Shown: piece after piece, positions 1 to 9,859 of the stretch | How the letters are laid out: each line of letters opens with the position of its first letter | How positions within the stretch are numbered: the first letter of the stretch is position 1 | DNA from: a virus | Strand: one strand, 5' to 3' | Length of the DNA stretch: 64,000 nt | Virus record (IMG/VR): IMGVR_UViG_3300033149_002975 | Coordinates: 38,812-102,811 of that record | Position numbers and translations under genes: made by a program | The notes under the pieces: generated by a model | Told to the model about the DNA's origin: nothing | The model's database searches: none | The model's input: the letters and a program-made list of their open reading frames with translations, nothing else

Positions 1-475
1 ACAGCACACCATTACCGTTTTTTTCCTCAAATTTTTGTGCTTCTATTTCATCATTTATATTCAAAAGTCTCAAATTGACCAGTTTACCACTTGGTAAAAC
101 TTTTTCGTATGGTTGTTTAAAATCAGCGGGGAGCGTTATAACATCCAATTCACCAAAATCAACAACGGCTTCAACTTCCGACAAACAGTATGAACATTTC
201 GTCAGAACCTTAACAATATTCGTATAGGATTTTGCATATTCCCAAACAATTATATATTGCAGGTCACCAATAGTTATATCTCCAGGATTAACACCAATTA
301 TCAAATCTTTTAAAATAGTTAGAAACTTCAATTCGAGATTTGACGGGTTTATTTCAGAAAGATATATTTCGTCTTTGCCTTGGTATGCCCTAATTTTTAC
401 ATCTTCTGGTTTTGTGTCTTTATAAACAAGACATTTCGAAGGAAGACTTATTGGAAGGAAATTTTCTATATTCAT
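1..475 (-). CDS. Baseplate hub assembly protein, T4 gp26-like (runs off window edge)
   Basis: Hand translation from ATG at 475: MNIENFLPISLPSKCLVY...IRAYQGKDEIYL...ITIGDLQYIIVWEYAKSY...KCSYC. RBS-like AGGGG upstream; lies downstream of the tube genes. Confidence 0.6.
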   Translation of the reverse strand, partial: MNIENFLPISLPSKCLVYKDTKPEDVKIRAYQGKDEIYLSEINPSNLELKFLTILKDLIIGVNPGDITIGDLQYIIVWEYAKSYTNIVKVLTKCSYCLSEVEAVVDFGELDVITLPADFKQPYEKVLPSGKLVNLRLLNINDEIEAQKFEEKNGNGVL

Positions 476-503
476 TCTATCACCCCTTTAAATATATTAT
501 TAA

Positions 504-1112
504 TTAACCGCCCAACAGATTTTTTGCAGCATTTATCACACCACCAACAGCATTAAATGCAGCCGATCTAATAGATCCTATTAAACTACTCACCTCCACA
601 TAATCAACAAATAGATCAACATTCCATTTTAAAACCGAATTTTCGGAATACGATAAAGATAACGGTGGACAATTTTTGGGAAAACAACCGTGCAATACAA
701 ATTTTGCCGACTGTATACCAGATCTGTCAAATAAAAACACATAGACATCACGTTTGTAATAACTTTTTGGATAAAAATATCCATCATCATCAACAATTAA
801 TCTTCTCCAGTCACGAAAATATTCATATACTGAATTATCCACCGGCATGATAAACGACATCGGAATTTGTTCAATATCTCTTAATCCGGAATAAAATCTT
901 CGTTCAGATCCGTATCTGGTAACAGAAATTTCCGCTATTGAATAATCACCAAATTTGATATCCTGGCAATACTGGGATATCAAAATTCCAGGAACATCAC
1001 TAACACCATCTGGAAGTATTATTTGCCAGTTATATGTACGTTGTAATGTCCATAATTTAGTTATTAGATTTCCTGCCACACCGGGCAAATCAAACCCTAA
1101 TTTCTGAGGCAT
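504..1112 (-). CDS. Tail tube-like protein (gp19 paralog or gp48/gp54-type tube initiator)
   Basis: Tube-fold pattern YFRDWRRLI...YKRDVYVFLFDRSG...LHGCFP...LSYS; adjacent to tube and sheath genes. Confidence 0.65.
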   Translation of the reverse strand: MPQKLGFDLPGVAGNLITKLWTLQRTYNWQIILPDGVSDVPGILISQYCQDIKFGDYSIAEISVTRYGSERRFYSGLRDIEQIPMSFIMPVDNSVYEYFRDWRRLIVDDDGYFYPKSYYKRDVYVFLFDRSGIQSAKFVLHGCFPKNCPPLSLSYSENSVLKWNVDLFVDYVEVSSLIGSIRSAAFNAVGGVINAAKNLLGG

Positions 1113-1627
1113 TATTCAACCATCTCCCACCTATCATAACTAAACGTTACCGTATAAATAATACCGGCATCGTTCGCGTAGGTCAATGGAACTTCGTCTA
1201 AAAGTTCAGGGTACGCACCTATTAATTTTATTTTTTTGGTGATTTTACCCTGCATATCCAATAAATTCAAATATATATCAGATTTGATCAGGGCATCCGG
1301 GCCTCCGATATTTAACCTGTCGTGAACTATTGATTGCTTCCACTTGTAAATAGCATCAAAAACTTTTCCATCAGTTCCTTCAACAAATGTGCAAGTCCAC
1401 GTCTGTGGCATCACCAATTTTCCCGGAAATTTAACGCCCGGCCCTTGCTTGTATGGAATTCGTATTGAACCAAAACTTCTTCCAGGCTGTGCAGTTGATT
1501 GACACCTGACATTTAATGCCTCCGAATCACCGCCGCCTATCGGATTGGCGAACAATACATCCCACAAAAAAACTTTTGCAAGGTTCGTTAAATTATTCTT
1601 TAAGTTATCACTGCTCATTTTAGCCAT
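1112..1627 (-). CDS. Tail tube protein (T4 gp19-like)
   Basis: 171 aa directly after sheath; KFPGK...WTCTFVE...IKLIGAYP...YTVTFSYDRWE. Confidence 0.85.
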   Translation of the reverse strand: MAKMSSDNLKNNLTNLAKVFLWDVLFANPIGGGDSEALNVRCQSTAQPGRSFGSIRIPYKQGPGVKFPGKLVMPQTWTCTFVEGTDGKVFDAIYKWKQSIVHDRLNIGGPDALIKSDIYLNLLDMQGKITKKIKLIGAYPELLDEVPLTYANDAGIIYTVTFSYDRWEMVE

Positions 1628-1644
1628 AATTTGTCCCTTTTATA

Positions 1645-3294
1645 TTATTTACCAACACCCCTTGAAATTATTTCTTCAAATGAGGCACCACTTGAAGTAA
1701 TAACGGTTTGTAATTGAATGTATTCTGCGGCCCTTGAAGGTTTGACAAAAACATCCACCCTCAATTCATTTTGATCAATAGTTACCCCTGTGTTGTTTGT
1801 CTCATCGCAAACAACGTTGAATCCTTTATCATTACCCTCCGTTTGAAAAGCGCCCTGTGCTGACAAATCATCCAAATAACTGTTCAATAAAGCCTCGACT
1901 CTGAACCTCGTAGTTTCATCATTTGGTTCGAAAACAAATGGTCTAAGAGAAATTGCCATTGCTTTTTCAATAACTATTAACAATCTGCGGACATTTATTC
2001 TGTCAAGAGCGGATGCTTTCTTTTGTAATGTTTTCTGTCCCCAAATGGCAAAACCTTCACCAACAAATGTCTGGAGTGGGTTAATCCCAGCGGCGTATAA
2101 TACGTCCCTTTCACCTTCCGTAAATATCAAATTACCATTTGGTCCGGTAATGGCCAATACATCAAGAAGTCCCCTATTTAATCCAGCCGGAGCCGTCCAC
2201 GGTTTACCAGCAAAATCATTGTACGCCATTTGTGCAGCAACATAACCAGATGAAGGAACATCAACTATTATATCATTGTATACATCATAAATTTGACACC
2301 ACCCGGCGGCCAAACAACCATAACTTGAATTAATGTTCATTGAATTTCTAAATATCACCATATCGGCTACAGTGTTCAATGAAGTCCACGGAATATCCAA
2401 AACCGCAATACAATCGGCTCTTGTTTCCGCAACCGTTTTTATCTTTGATTGAACACCGGCACCCGTTTCTCCACCATTAATCAAAATTCTGACATCAACT
2501 TTGTCCGGATTGATAAATTCATCCCAACCAGCAATCAATTCAGACGGCGATATTTCAGAGCCATCAGAACCCCCATCAAAATCTAATCTTACCGGTGAAT
2601 CTTCTACAACCGCCGATGCCTTCGGTAAAACAGTATCTGCCAAAGCCGAATCGGCGACCGTTATATATTTTGATACACCATTAATTTTATCCTCAAGATA
2701 TAGCTGCTTACCAAAACCATCAATCTTTTTCTTTCGTGAAACTTTCCAAGATTCAACCATTAACCAATTACCGTCGTCATCTTGCCAATAAACATTGATT
2801 TTAAATGTATATTGATCGGTTGGAACTTCGTCGGATCCGTCTTTCACTTCGGTAATCGTTATTCCTATCCTATTATTCCAAATCCCCTGGTTGGCCCCGA
2901 AAATCTGAATAGCAATCTCAGTATCCATCCCTGAATCAGCATTAAAAGCATTGGACAATCTGCCGGTAGCGAATGCTGCGTTGTTTTCCGATGAATCAGA
3001 TTTCATCACATTAACACCACCATACAACGCAGAATTGTGAACCCTTAAGCAATATAATGATTTGCCCTTTGCCAAATACGCCATTGCAGCATAATGAAAA
3101 TAATGACCAGACGATGGATCCGGTTTTCCATATTCATTAATAAAATCCTGAACATTGGTCATTAACATTATATCATTGGTTGACCCTTTAGCTGAATAAC
3201 CAACTAAGGCGGCAGAAGATGTTGCCACATTTGCGACAATATTTGAAACATCAGTTTCTTTTGCATAAACACCTGGCGACAAAAAAATACTCAT
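1645..3294 (-). CDS. Tail sheath protein (T4 gp18-like)
   Basis: FLSPGVYAKETD N-terminus; PWTAPAGLNRG; WGQKTLQKKASALDRINVRRLL; FVFEPNDETTR; VKPSRAAEYI. Confidence 0.95.
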   Translation of the reverse strand: MSIFLSPGVYAKETDVSNIVANVATSSAALVGYSAKGSTNDIMLMTNVQDFINEYGKPDPSSGHYFHYAAMAYLAKGKSLYCLRVHNSALYGGVNVMKSDSSENNAAFATGRLSNAFNADSGMDTEIAIQIFGANQGIWNNRIGITITEVKDGSDEVPTDQYTFKINVYWQDDDGNWLMVESWKVSRKKKIDGFGKQLYLEDKINGVSKYITVADSALADTVLPKASAVVEDSPVRLDFDGGSDGSEISPSELIAGWDEFINPDKVDVRILINGGETGAGVQSKIKTVAETRADCIAVLDIPWTSLNTVADMVIFRNSMNINSSYGCLAAGWCQIYDVYNDIIVDVPSSGYVAAQMAYNDFAGKPWTAPAGLNRGLLDVLAITGPNGNLIFTEGERDVLYAAGINPLQTFVGEGFAIWGQKTLQKKASALDRINVRRLLIVIEKAMAISLRPFVFEPNDETTRFRVEALLNSYLDDLSAQGAFQTEGNDKGFNVVCDETNNTGVTIDQNELRVDVFVKPSRAAEYIQLQTVITSSGASFEEIISRGVGK

Positions 3295-3331
3295 ATCATT
3301 TCTCCTTTATTTTAGGTTTAAATCTATTTTA

Positions 3332-3676
3332 TCAAACACGAATTTTATAACCTAAGCTTTCAATAAATGCTTCTATAACCATATCCATCAAATTGTCCTC
3401 AATACCCGCTTTTTCATCGTCATCTGCTATTTCTGTAATTTCCGGCAATAATTCATATAAATGCTCGTTTAAAGCGGGCACAACGTGTTCATACCAGTTA
3501 TCTTCGGCTGCCGTCCCAGAAAAGATACTGTCACCCTTTTTATTTAGGATTTTCTTTAGTTTCTTTTTTAATTCATCAATATTATATTTAATTTTTTCTT
3601 CTTTCAATTCTTTTCTTTTAACCAATTCTATTGGTTGATCCCATATAAATTGTAACATTCTTTCAAAAGTATTCAT
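3332..3676 (-). CDS. Putative internal head (cargo) protein with leader
   Basis: Leader MNTFERMLQF is near-identical to that of 5356..6171; LKEE site follows. Confidence 0.55.
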   Translation of the reverse strand: MNTFERMLQFIWDQPIELVKRKELKEEKIKYNIDELKKKLKKILNKKGDSIFSGTAAEDNWYEHVVPALNEHLYELLPEITEIADDDEKAGIEDNLMDMVIEAFIESLGYKIRV

Positions 3677-3680
3677 TATT

Positions 3681-4616
3681 TTATGCCTCCATCTTTTTTA
3701 TATTTCCATCCACAGTATCATCAACCAAATCTTCAATTAATTTTATTTCCGTATCGCCGTCAACAACCGATACTGAAAATATCGTATACGAACCATCATT
3801 ATTGGTCGATCCTTCAATAAATATTGTTTCGCCAACTTCAAAATCGCTGGATCTATCATCCGATATAGTTATCGTATTGTCAATCAAATTAACAGCAGAA
3901 ATTCCGTATAATGAGATTTTTTCCATCCTTAATTTCTGTTCCAATTCCGTGTCTTGTGATGAATCTTCAACCACTATTGATGAATAATCAGTTACGTAAT
4001 CTTTATCATATAATGTCATTCGTATTTTATTGATAATCCCAATATTATCATCACTCTTTAAAACCCACGCGTCCAATTTTATTGGCATTCTATAAACAAA
4101 ATACCTGCCTTTGTTATATTCAACTGGAACTGTAGATTCATCAACAATTTCCCCAAAATGCAACCACGGTTGTAACACGTACAAATCATTATACGTTATT
4201 TCCAAAGCCGGTGTTTCGTGTTGCCATAGTATGTAATTTTCAATTATTTGGTAGGCTTTATCCAAATTTTTTGTCCAAAACCACGCATTATAACGAATAT
4301 CTATTGGTTGTGCTTTTACTCTTCTAGGTAAACCATTATCTCTTGGAACAATCAAACCTTTTCTAGCTAATGGGGTTCTCTGTCTTTCCCAAGACGGTGA
4401 TGCGCCGACTCTATAAAAATTTATAAATTCTAAAGAATCATATCCACGTTTTTCAGAAATTGTTCTCAACGCCACATCTTTATGAATTTGTATAACACTT
4501 TTATTTATTTTATCGGAAACCTCCAATGCGTCACCAAATTCCAACTTGCTGTGCCATTTTGCAAAAAGCAAAGTTTTCATTGCATCATCATAACTTTTTA
4601 TAAAAGAGACCGACAT
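3681..4616 (-). CDS. Tail completion/terminator protein (gp15-like) with C-terminal beta domain
   Basis: Position just upstream of sheath; PIDIRYNAWFWTKNLDKAYQIIE pattern. Confidence 0.55.
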   Translation of the reverse strand: MSVSFIKSYDDAMKTLLFAKWHSKLEFGDALEVSDKINKSVIQIHKDVALRTISEKRGYDSLEFINFYRVGASPSWERQRTPLARKGLIVPRDNGLPRRVKAQPIDIRYNAWFWTKNLDKAYQIIENYILWQHETPALEITYNDLYVLQPWLHFGEIVDESTVPVEYNKGRYFVYRMPIKLDAWVLKSDDNIGIINKIRMTLYDKDYVTDYSSIVVEDSSQDTELEQKLRMEKISLYGISAVNLIDNTITISDDRSSDFEVGETIFIEGSTNNDGSYTIFSVSVVDGDTEIKLIEDLVDDTVDGNIKKMEA

Positions 4617-4874
4617 TTATTTCGCTTTCTTCTTATTATTCTTTTTTCCATTTCCCAAATCATATAACAATTGTGTAAATTTTGATATTACTTCATCCTG
4701 TAATGCTGCTCCATCCAATTTCTTCTTTGTCCACGATTCTGCAAATCCTTCCGGGCCAACAGCAAATATTTTAAATCTGGATAAATTGTTCTTGGCTTTA
4801 CAATAATCTTCAAACAACCGCTTTGCTATTATTGTAGTAGACATATCACGGTAAAAATAATTCTCGTTAATCAT
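4617..4874 (-). CDS. Hypothetical protein
   Basis: 85 aa ORF tightly packed between neck genes. Confidence 0.5.
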   Translation of the reverse strand: MINENYFYRDMSTTIIAKRLFEDYCKAKNNLSRFKIFAVGPEGFAESWTKKKLDGAALQDEVISKFTQLLYDLGNGKKNNKKKAK

Positions 4875-5356
4875 AATTTAATCCTTCTAGGTGCAATAGA
4901 AAAACATCTCACAATTTCCATATCCTGCATACCTTTTAATGAAAGGTTTACAATTTCGAATTCTGATGTTTTCTCAATACCTTCTGGAACTGTTTCTATA
5001 TCAATTTTAAAATATGATTGTTTACAAATAGATACGTCAACTTCCGATCCAGCATCCGATCCCTCTAAAGCTATGGCCTTTGTTCCAAACCAAGCAATAA
5101 TCGGTAAATTATCTTCTACGTATAATCCAAGTTTCTTTAAACGATAAGCGGTTGGTTGCCACTCAATAAAAACCAAAGCCTGATAACTTATATATTGAAT
5201 ATCAGATGGTGTTGCAAAAATATCAGATTTTTCAGCTTCATTGTACGATGCCACAGTTGGTATATATAGTATACAATCCTGCCCATAATTCGTCAGTGAA
5301 ACATTTACTTGGGTACGTAAGGCGTCAACTAATTCTTTTGGCAGCATTCTGGACAT
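4871..5356 (-). CDS. Neck/head-closure protein (gp14-like)
   Basis: YGQDCILYIP and LKKLGLY motifs; neck-gene context. Confidence 0.55.
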   Translation of the reverse strand: MSRMLPKELVDALRTQVNVSLTNYGQDCILYIPTVASYNEAEKSDIFATPSDIQYISYQALVFIEWQPTAYRLKKLGLYVEDNLPIIAWFGTKAIALEGSDAGSEVDVSICKQSYFKIDIETVPEGIEKTSEFEIVNLSLKGMQDMEIVRCFSIAPRRIKL

Positions 5357-6171
5357 TATTTTTCATTCTCTTCATATTCAACATTAAACGCTGAATCTTC
5401 GATATCTACTTCACCGGTTGGTTCTGATTCAATCCTCTTAGCTGCATCATTCAATTTGGATACCAAATTTTTTATGGCCTCAGCTTCAGTTTTACCATAT
5501 GCGAACGCCGTATATTTAGCAACTTTTCCAGGAACTTTTTCTGCTAATTCGTTAACTTTTGATTCAAATTGTCTTCCCCTCTTAAATCGCCTGTAAATTC
5601 TTTTTACGTATTCTTCATCAAAAAAATTTCTCAACATGTTTTGTGCTTCTTCATACGATATTGTATCCGTGTCTCCTAATCTATCTTCTCTTTCTTCAGG
5701 GGGTAAAGAATTCCAACCATTCATAAACCATTCAACAAAAGGCTCTTCGTAAGCAACATCCCCTCTAGTATCATCCCACCCGGATTCATTTAATTTTTCG
5801 TTCATCGTATCGTTAACATATTTGGTTAATTGGTTAACAATATCCTCTACCGAATCACCCTCCCAATAATCTTTATCTTCAGTTGACAGATCACCGGCAT
5901 TCCAAATTGCATCCAATTGCTCGATAGTTAATGGTTTATTGGATATAAACATAACTTTTGAATCAACTTCATCTTGATCATAATCATAAATAACTGCGTC
6001 ACCACCAACTTGTTGCGTGATTTTTACTATTTCTCTACCGGAAAAACTGTCCTTCCAGTCACAGGAAATTTGTGCTACCCTTATTTTATCCCCGGATTCA
6101 TTTAATTTTTTATCCGTAGGTTCTTCCAACTTATCCTGTACAAATTTTAACATTCTTTCAAAAGCATTCAT
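5356..6171 (-). CDS. Putative cargo polyprotein (leader plus about 3 domains)
   Basis: Segments delimited by KKLNE-SG, EKLNE-SG and ESKVNE. Confidence 0.6.
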   Translation of the reverse strand: MNAFERMLKFVQDKLEEPTDKKLNESGDKIRVAQISCDWKDSFSGREIVKITQQVGGDAVIYDYDQDEVDSKVMFISNKPLTIEQLDAIWNAGDLSTEDKDYWEGDSVEDIVNQLTKYVNDTMNEKLNESGWDDTRGDVAYEEPFVEWFMNGWNSLPPEEREDRLGDTDTISYEEAQNMLRNFFDEEYVKRIYRRFKRGRQFESKVNELAEKVPGKVAKYTAFAYGKTEAEAIKNLVSKLNDAAKRIESEPTGEVDIEDSAFNVEYEENEK

Positions 6172-7118
6172 TATTTTATACCTCCTACAATTTTTTTGGT
6201 TTTTTCAACATCTTTCGGGCTTAATTCCCCATCTTCTAATAGATCTTTTAACTCTTTTATAATACGTAAATATTGATAACGAACAATAAATTTAAATGTT
6301 GCGTTTTTATTCTTCCAAATTTTCTTTAAATTTTCATCCCCCATAGCTTGTTCTTTTGATTGTGGTTGTGAAGCCGACCGGCGGGTTTTTATTAAATCTG
6401 ACCTTTTTTTATACAACATTTCTATATCATTTTCTATCTCTTTCAATTTTCCTTCCAATTTGGTAAGAAACGATTTTTTTAAATCTTTGGGCATTTTAGC
6501 TATTGCTTGTTTTATCGTTTCATAATCTATGATGTCACGTTTCAACTCCCCCATTTGCAAATCAACACCCTTTACTTCTTTTCTAATTTCATCAAAAATT
6601 TCTGAATAATCTTCATATGGGTCATAATCCTCCGGAACTATCTTTGGTCCTTTTAACCAATTGTCAGACATTATATTATAACAAGCATCGGCCAAATATT
6701 CCTGGTTTATATTTGATTGTATATAAACTTCAATTGGATATTTTCCAAAATAACCATTGATTTTGTCTCGATTATCAGAAAACCAGTCAAGTACAGCTTT
6801 TGAAAATTGTTCATCCTCATAGTATTTGGAATCCGTTGGTATCACTATATGAACATCAATATCTGAATCCTCACTGTATTGATTGGTACATATTGATCCT
6901 GTAATGTGAATCATTTTTTCTGAATCTTCACCGGTAGCCGCCATATCAATCAAATCAACATCTTTGTATTTTCCCAAAACATTTAAAATTTTACGCCTTA
7001 CCAAAGGCTTAAGTGTATATTTACCATTTTTAAAATCCCAAATGGATTTATTTAGAGTTTCACCCCTTGGAAAATCAATTGAAGATTCGATGATTCTTTT
7101 ATATAATTGTCCAAACAT
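6171..7118 (-). CDS. Pol-beta-superfamily nucleotidyltransferase with leader (start reassigned to MFGQLYKRIIES)
   Basis: ITGSICTNQYSEDSDIDVHIV (hG[GS]..DxD motif) and PIEVYI. ATG at 7118 removes the overlap with the upstream gene. Confidence 0.75.
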   Translation of the reverse strand: MFGQLYKRIIESSIDFPRGETLNKSIWDFKNGKYTLKPLVRRKILNVLGKYKDVDLIDMAATGEDSEKMIHITGSICTNQYSEDSDIDVHIVIPTDSKYYEDEQFSKAVLDWFSDNRDKINGYFGKYPIEVYIQSNINQEYLADACYNIMSDNWLKGPKIVPEDYDPYEDYSEIFDEIRKEVKGVDLQMGELKRDIIDYETIKQAIAKMPKDLKKSFLTKLEGKLKEIENDIEMLYKKRSDLIKTRRSASQPQSKEQAMGDENLKKIWKNKNATFKFIVRYQYLRIIKELKDLLEDGELSPKDVEKTKKIVGGIK

Positions 7119-7125
7119 TATTTTT

Positions 7126-9408
7126 CTATTCTTTCCTATCTCCAACTGTCCGCCAAAATAGGTTTTCATCAAATCTTGGGTTGTCCTCTTTAAACATCCT
7201 GACCAAAGCTGAAGCAAAAGCTTTAACATCGTCATTCAATGGTACCAGCTTTTTTAATTCTTTGGCTATCTCTTTATAATGCTTTCTTGAAAAATGGGAT
7301 TCATTAACTTTTGATTCTTTCACAATTACTGCAAATTTTTGGGAATCTTCAGAATCCGGTATAACTACCCCGTTTTTCTCTCTCGCAATTCTGTCAGCTT
7401 CTTCTCTATCAACTATCCCTTTCGCGATAACTGTTCTTGTTTCCTTTTCTTCCTCATTAACTTTGGATTCACCAACTTTTATTGTTCCTTCTCTATTTGT
7501 TTCGTCTACCCTTGCATGCTCATCCAAATAATTTTCCAAAACAATTAACTTGTCACGATCAGATGTTGCATTCCCCGTTTCATATATTGCTTGTAGTGCT
7601 TCTTCAAAAACACATTGTGGCTCTTTAGTCCATACGGGGTCCGAATCAAAATGCACGGTAACTTTGTAATAACTTTCTTTTGGTGAAACATTCCTTGGCA
7701 ATCTGGCTTCATTAACCCCCGACATTTCAGACCCCAAATATTTTACACCATTTTCCTCAGCTAACTCTTCTCCTGTCTGATCTGCAAAATCTTTCAATTC
7801 TTCTATCGACAGTGCGTTTTCTGTTCCAGGTTCAGCTATTTGTTGACTATCAAGTCTATGATTTCCAGCGATATAAATTTCTCTATCGGATTTCGTGTCC
7901 ACTATTCTATATCCATATTTGTCTACTACCCCATAAAGATCACCCATTTTCGCGTCTTCATTGGTTTTTCGTTCCGGGAGAATATAAGTTCCATCCAAAT
8001 CTTTTATTTTTCTAGAACTAATGACACGTTTTTCCGGACTCTTCACTCTTGCCTTATTCATTGCGTCAACACGCGAATTGGCATCCAACTCCACAACTGA
8101 ACCGTCAAAAAATATAACTCTATATGTGCCGGGGTCAACGTGTACCCCAACTTCGTTCAATTCTCCGGTTATTTTCTCAACTCTTTCACTGCCACATTCT
8201 GTACATTTAGATTCATTAGCTCTAAAAGTTTTGCAACATTCATTACAAAGATAAAGGCTTTTCCTTGTTAATGATTCACTGGTTCTAAGACGACGGCCGG
8301 CAGTTCTTCTAGGACGGCCGGCAGTTCTTCTAGGACGGCTGGCAGTTCTTGCCCCACGTTCTGTATAACCACACGAATTACAAACCCACGAACCACGAAC
8401 TGGCGTCATTTTTTTATTGCATTTTGGGCACTTTTTTCCCGCCATTATTCTTTTGCCAACACCAAACTTTTGTCTCTGATATGATCCTCTACGAGGACCA
8501 GTTCCACTTCGTTCACCACTTTTAGTAAAAGATTCACCAACCTTTTTCATGCTACGGGTACCGGTTTCACTGTGAATCTTTTTACCTTTTGTATCTACTT
8601 TTTCTTCCGCCTGGGGGTTTTCCACCATCCCCACATCTTCCGCCTTTAACCCCTTTCCCTCTCCGGGTTTTTGGGTCTGGGGAACATTGGGTTTTGTTTT
8701 ATCCTTAACTTTTGCTTTTTTTGATGCCGGTGCAGCAGGTGTTGATTTGGCCTTTGAACCATCAGTAGCCACTACTCCTTCAGCAACCGTTGATTCACTA
8801 GTATCCCAAACAATATTATAAGCTGTTCCGGTTCCATCGTCATTTCGTTTGATATCTAATTCGCTAACTAGGAACCCATAGCTATCGGACAAATAATCAG
8901 CAACGGCCGTATCATTTCCCGCCTCTTGATCATCCATTATTTCTTTTGGAACATTATCGACCTTTTTTGGTAAATTATTGGCCTCACTTGTCACAGTTTT
9001 ACTACGTTTTCCTCTTAACCACCTTCGTTCGGGACCCCACAGGTGGGCACCAGGTAAAGCTTCTCTGATCTTTTTCTTTTCAGTAACTTCGGTATTGTCA
9101 AACAGTTCTCTAATTTTATTATTAATCTCTTTACTGTATGGCAATTCATTTATATCTTCCGGAACATAAATATTGGTAGTTTCTTTACCGTTGTTAAATT
9201 TTATTTCTTCTTTTATGCTGCCAGTAGCTGTTTCTACATAAACGTCAACATCTGAATCAACATCTTTGTATGCCCCAACGTATTGCCATATTCTATTGGC
9301 TTCTCTGATCTTTTTCTTTTCAGCTTCCCTTATTGCCCTATCGTTTTCAGCATAAGCTTTTTTCAACGATTCAAAGAGATCAAACATTCCTTGGTTCTGC
9401 ATTCTCAT
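7126..9408 (-). CDS. Putative cargo polyprotein, 760 aa
   Basis: Many short unrelated segments, including CPKC..CNSC and CNEC..CTEC Zn ribbons, separated by KKIREA x2, LNE, TNE, VNEA and ESKVNE x2. Confidence 0.65.
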   Translation of the reverse strand: MRMQNQGMFDLFESLKKAYAENDRAIREAEKKKIREANRIWQYVGAYKDVDSDVDVYVETATGSIKEEIKFNNGKETTNIYVPEDINELPYSKEINNKIRELFDNTEVTEKKKIREALPGAHLWGPERRWLRGKRSKTVTSEANNLPKKVDNVPKEIMDDQEAGNDTAVADYLSDSYGFLVSELDIKRNDDGTGTAYNIVWDTSESTVAEGVVATDGSKAKSTPAAPASKKAKVKDKTKPNVPQTQKPGEGKGLKAEDVGMVENPQAEEKVDTKGKKIHSETGTRSMKKVGESFTKSGERSGTGPRRGSYQRQKFGVGKRIMAGKKCPKCNKKMTPVRGSWVCNSCGYTERGARTASRPRRTAGRPRRTAGRRLRTSESLTRKSLYLCNECCKTFRANESKCTECGSERVEKITGELNEVGVHVDPGTYRVIFFDGSVVELDANSRVDAMNKARVKSPEKRVISSRKIKDLDGTYILPERKTNEDAKMGDLYGVVDKYGYRIVDTKSDREIYIAGNHRLDSQQIAEPGTENALSIEELKDFADQTGEELAEENGVKYLGSEMSGVNEARLPRNVSPKESYYKVTVHFDSDPVWTKEPQCVFEEALQAIYETGNATSDRDKLIVLENYLDEHARVDETNREGTIKVGESKVNEEEKETRTVIAKGIVDREEADRIAREKNGVVIPDSEDSQKFAVIVKESKVNESHFSRKHYKEIAKELKKLVPLNDDVKAFASALVRMFKEDNPRFDENLFWRTVGDRKE
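8290..8350 (-). repeat. 21-bp tandem repeat (about 3 copies) encoding RTASRPRRTAGRPRRTAGRR
   Basis: gacggccggcagttcttctag repeated. Confidence 0.8.
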
Positions 9409-9413
9409 ATTAT

Positions 9414-9857
9414 TTACTCCTTTATAGAATTTGACATATCTATAATTTTTGCTTTATTGCCATTAATATCCGTCCAATTACCAGCTTGTCCTGTATTTTC
9501 CCAATCAATTAGATCCTTAACTCTGTCATAAATTGTCTTTCCCCGCGTCCACATTGCAACCTCATATTTCCCATTTACATTTATCATCGGTTTATATTCA
9601 ACCGGTAAACGGGCAAAACGTGTATTTAACAATGCATGAACCACAGCCGGTGTATTTTTTTCAGACCCCAAAATCCAATTTAAAATATTGAGGGCCAATT
9701 TATCCTTGGGTAAGATACTAGCACCATTTTTTATCAAAATATCAAACAGTTTATCCACACCGGTACAAGGGGCATTCAATTTGTAATCACCCAGAATTTG
9801 CAACAAGTTTTTATAAACCGTTAAATTTTTAGCTTCAAACAATTTATTGATGTTCAT
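9414..9857 (-). CDS. Putative internal head protein with short leader
   Basis: MNINKLFE-A, the same KLFEA as the predicted capsid maturation site. Confidence 0.55.
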   Translation of the reverse strand: MNINKLFEAKNLTVYKNLLQILGDYKLNAPCTGVDKLFDILIKNGASILPKDKLALNILNWILGSEKNTPAVVHALLNTRFARLPVEYKPMINVNGKYEVAMWTRGKTIYDRVKDLIDWENTGQAGNWTDINGNKAKIIDMSNSIKE

Positions 9858-9859
9858 TT

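Noticed and set aside
7119-7235. N-terminal extension of the nucleotidyltransferase ORF as given in the ORF track
   Set aside because: Overlaps the upstream gene by 110 bp; ATG at 7118 fits operon spacing and the leader pattern.
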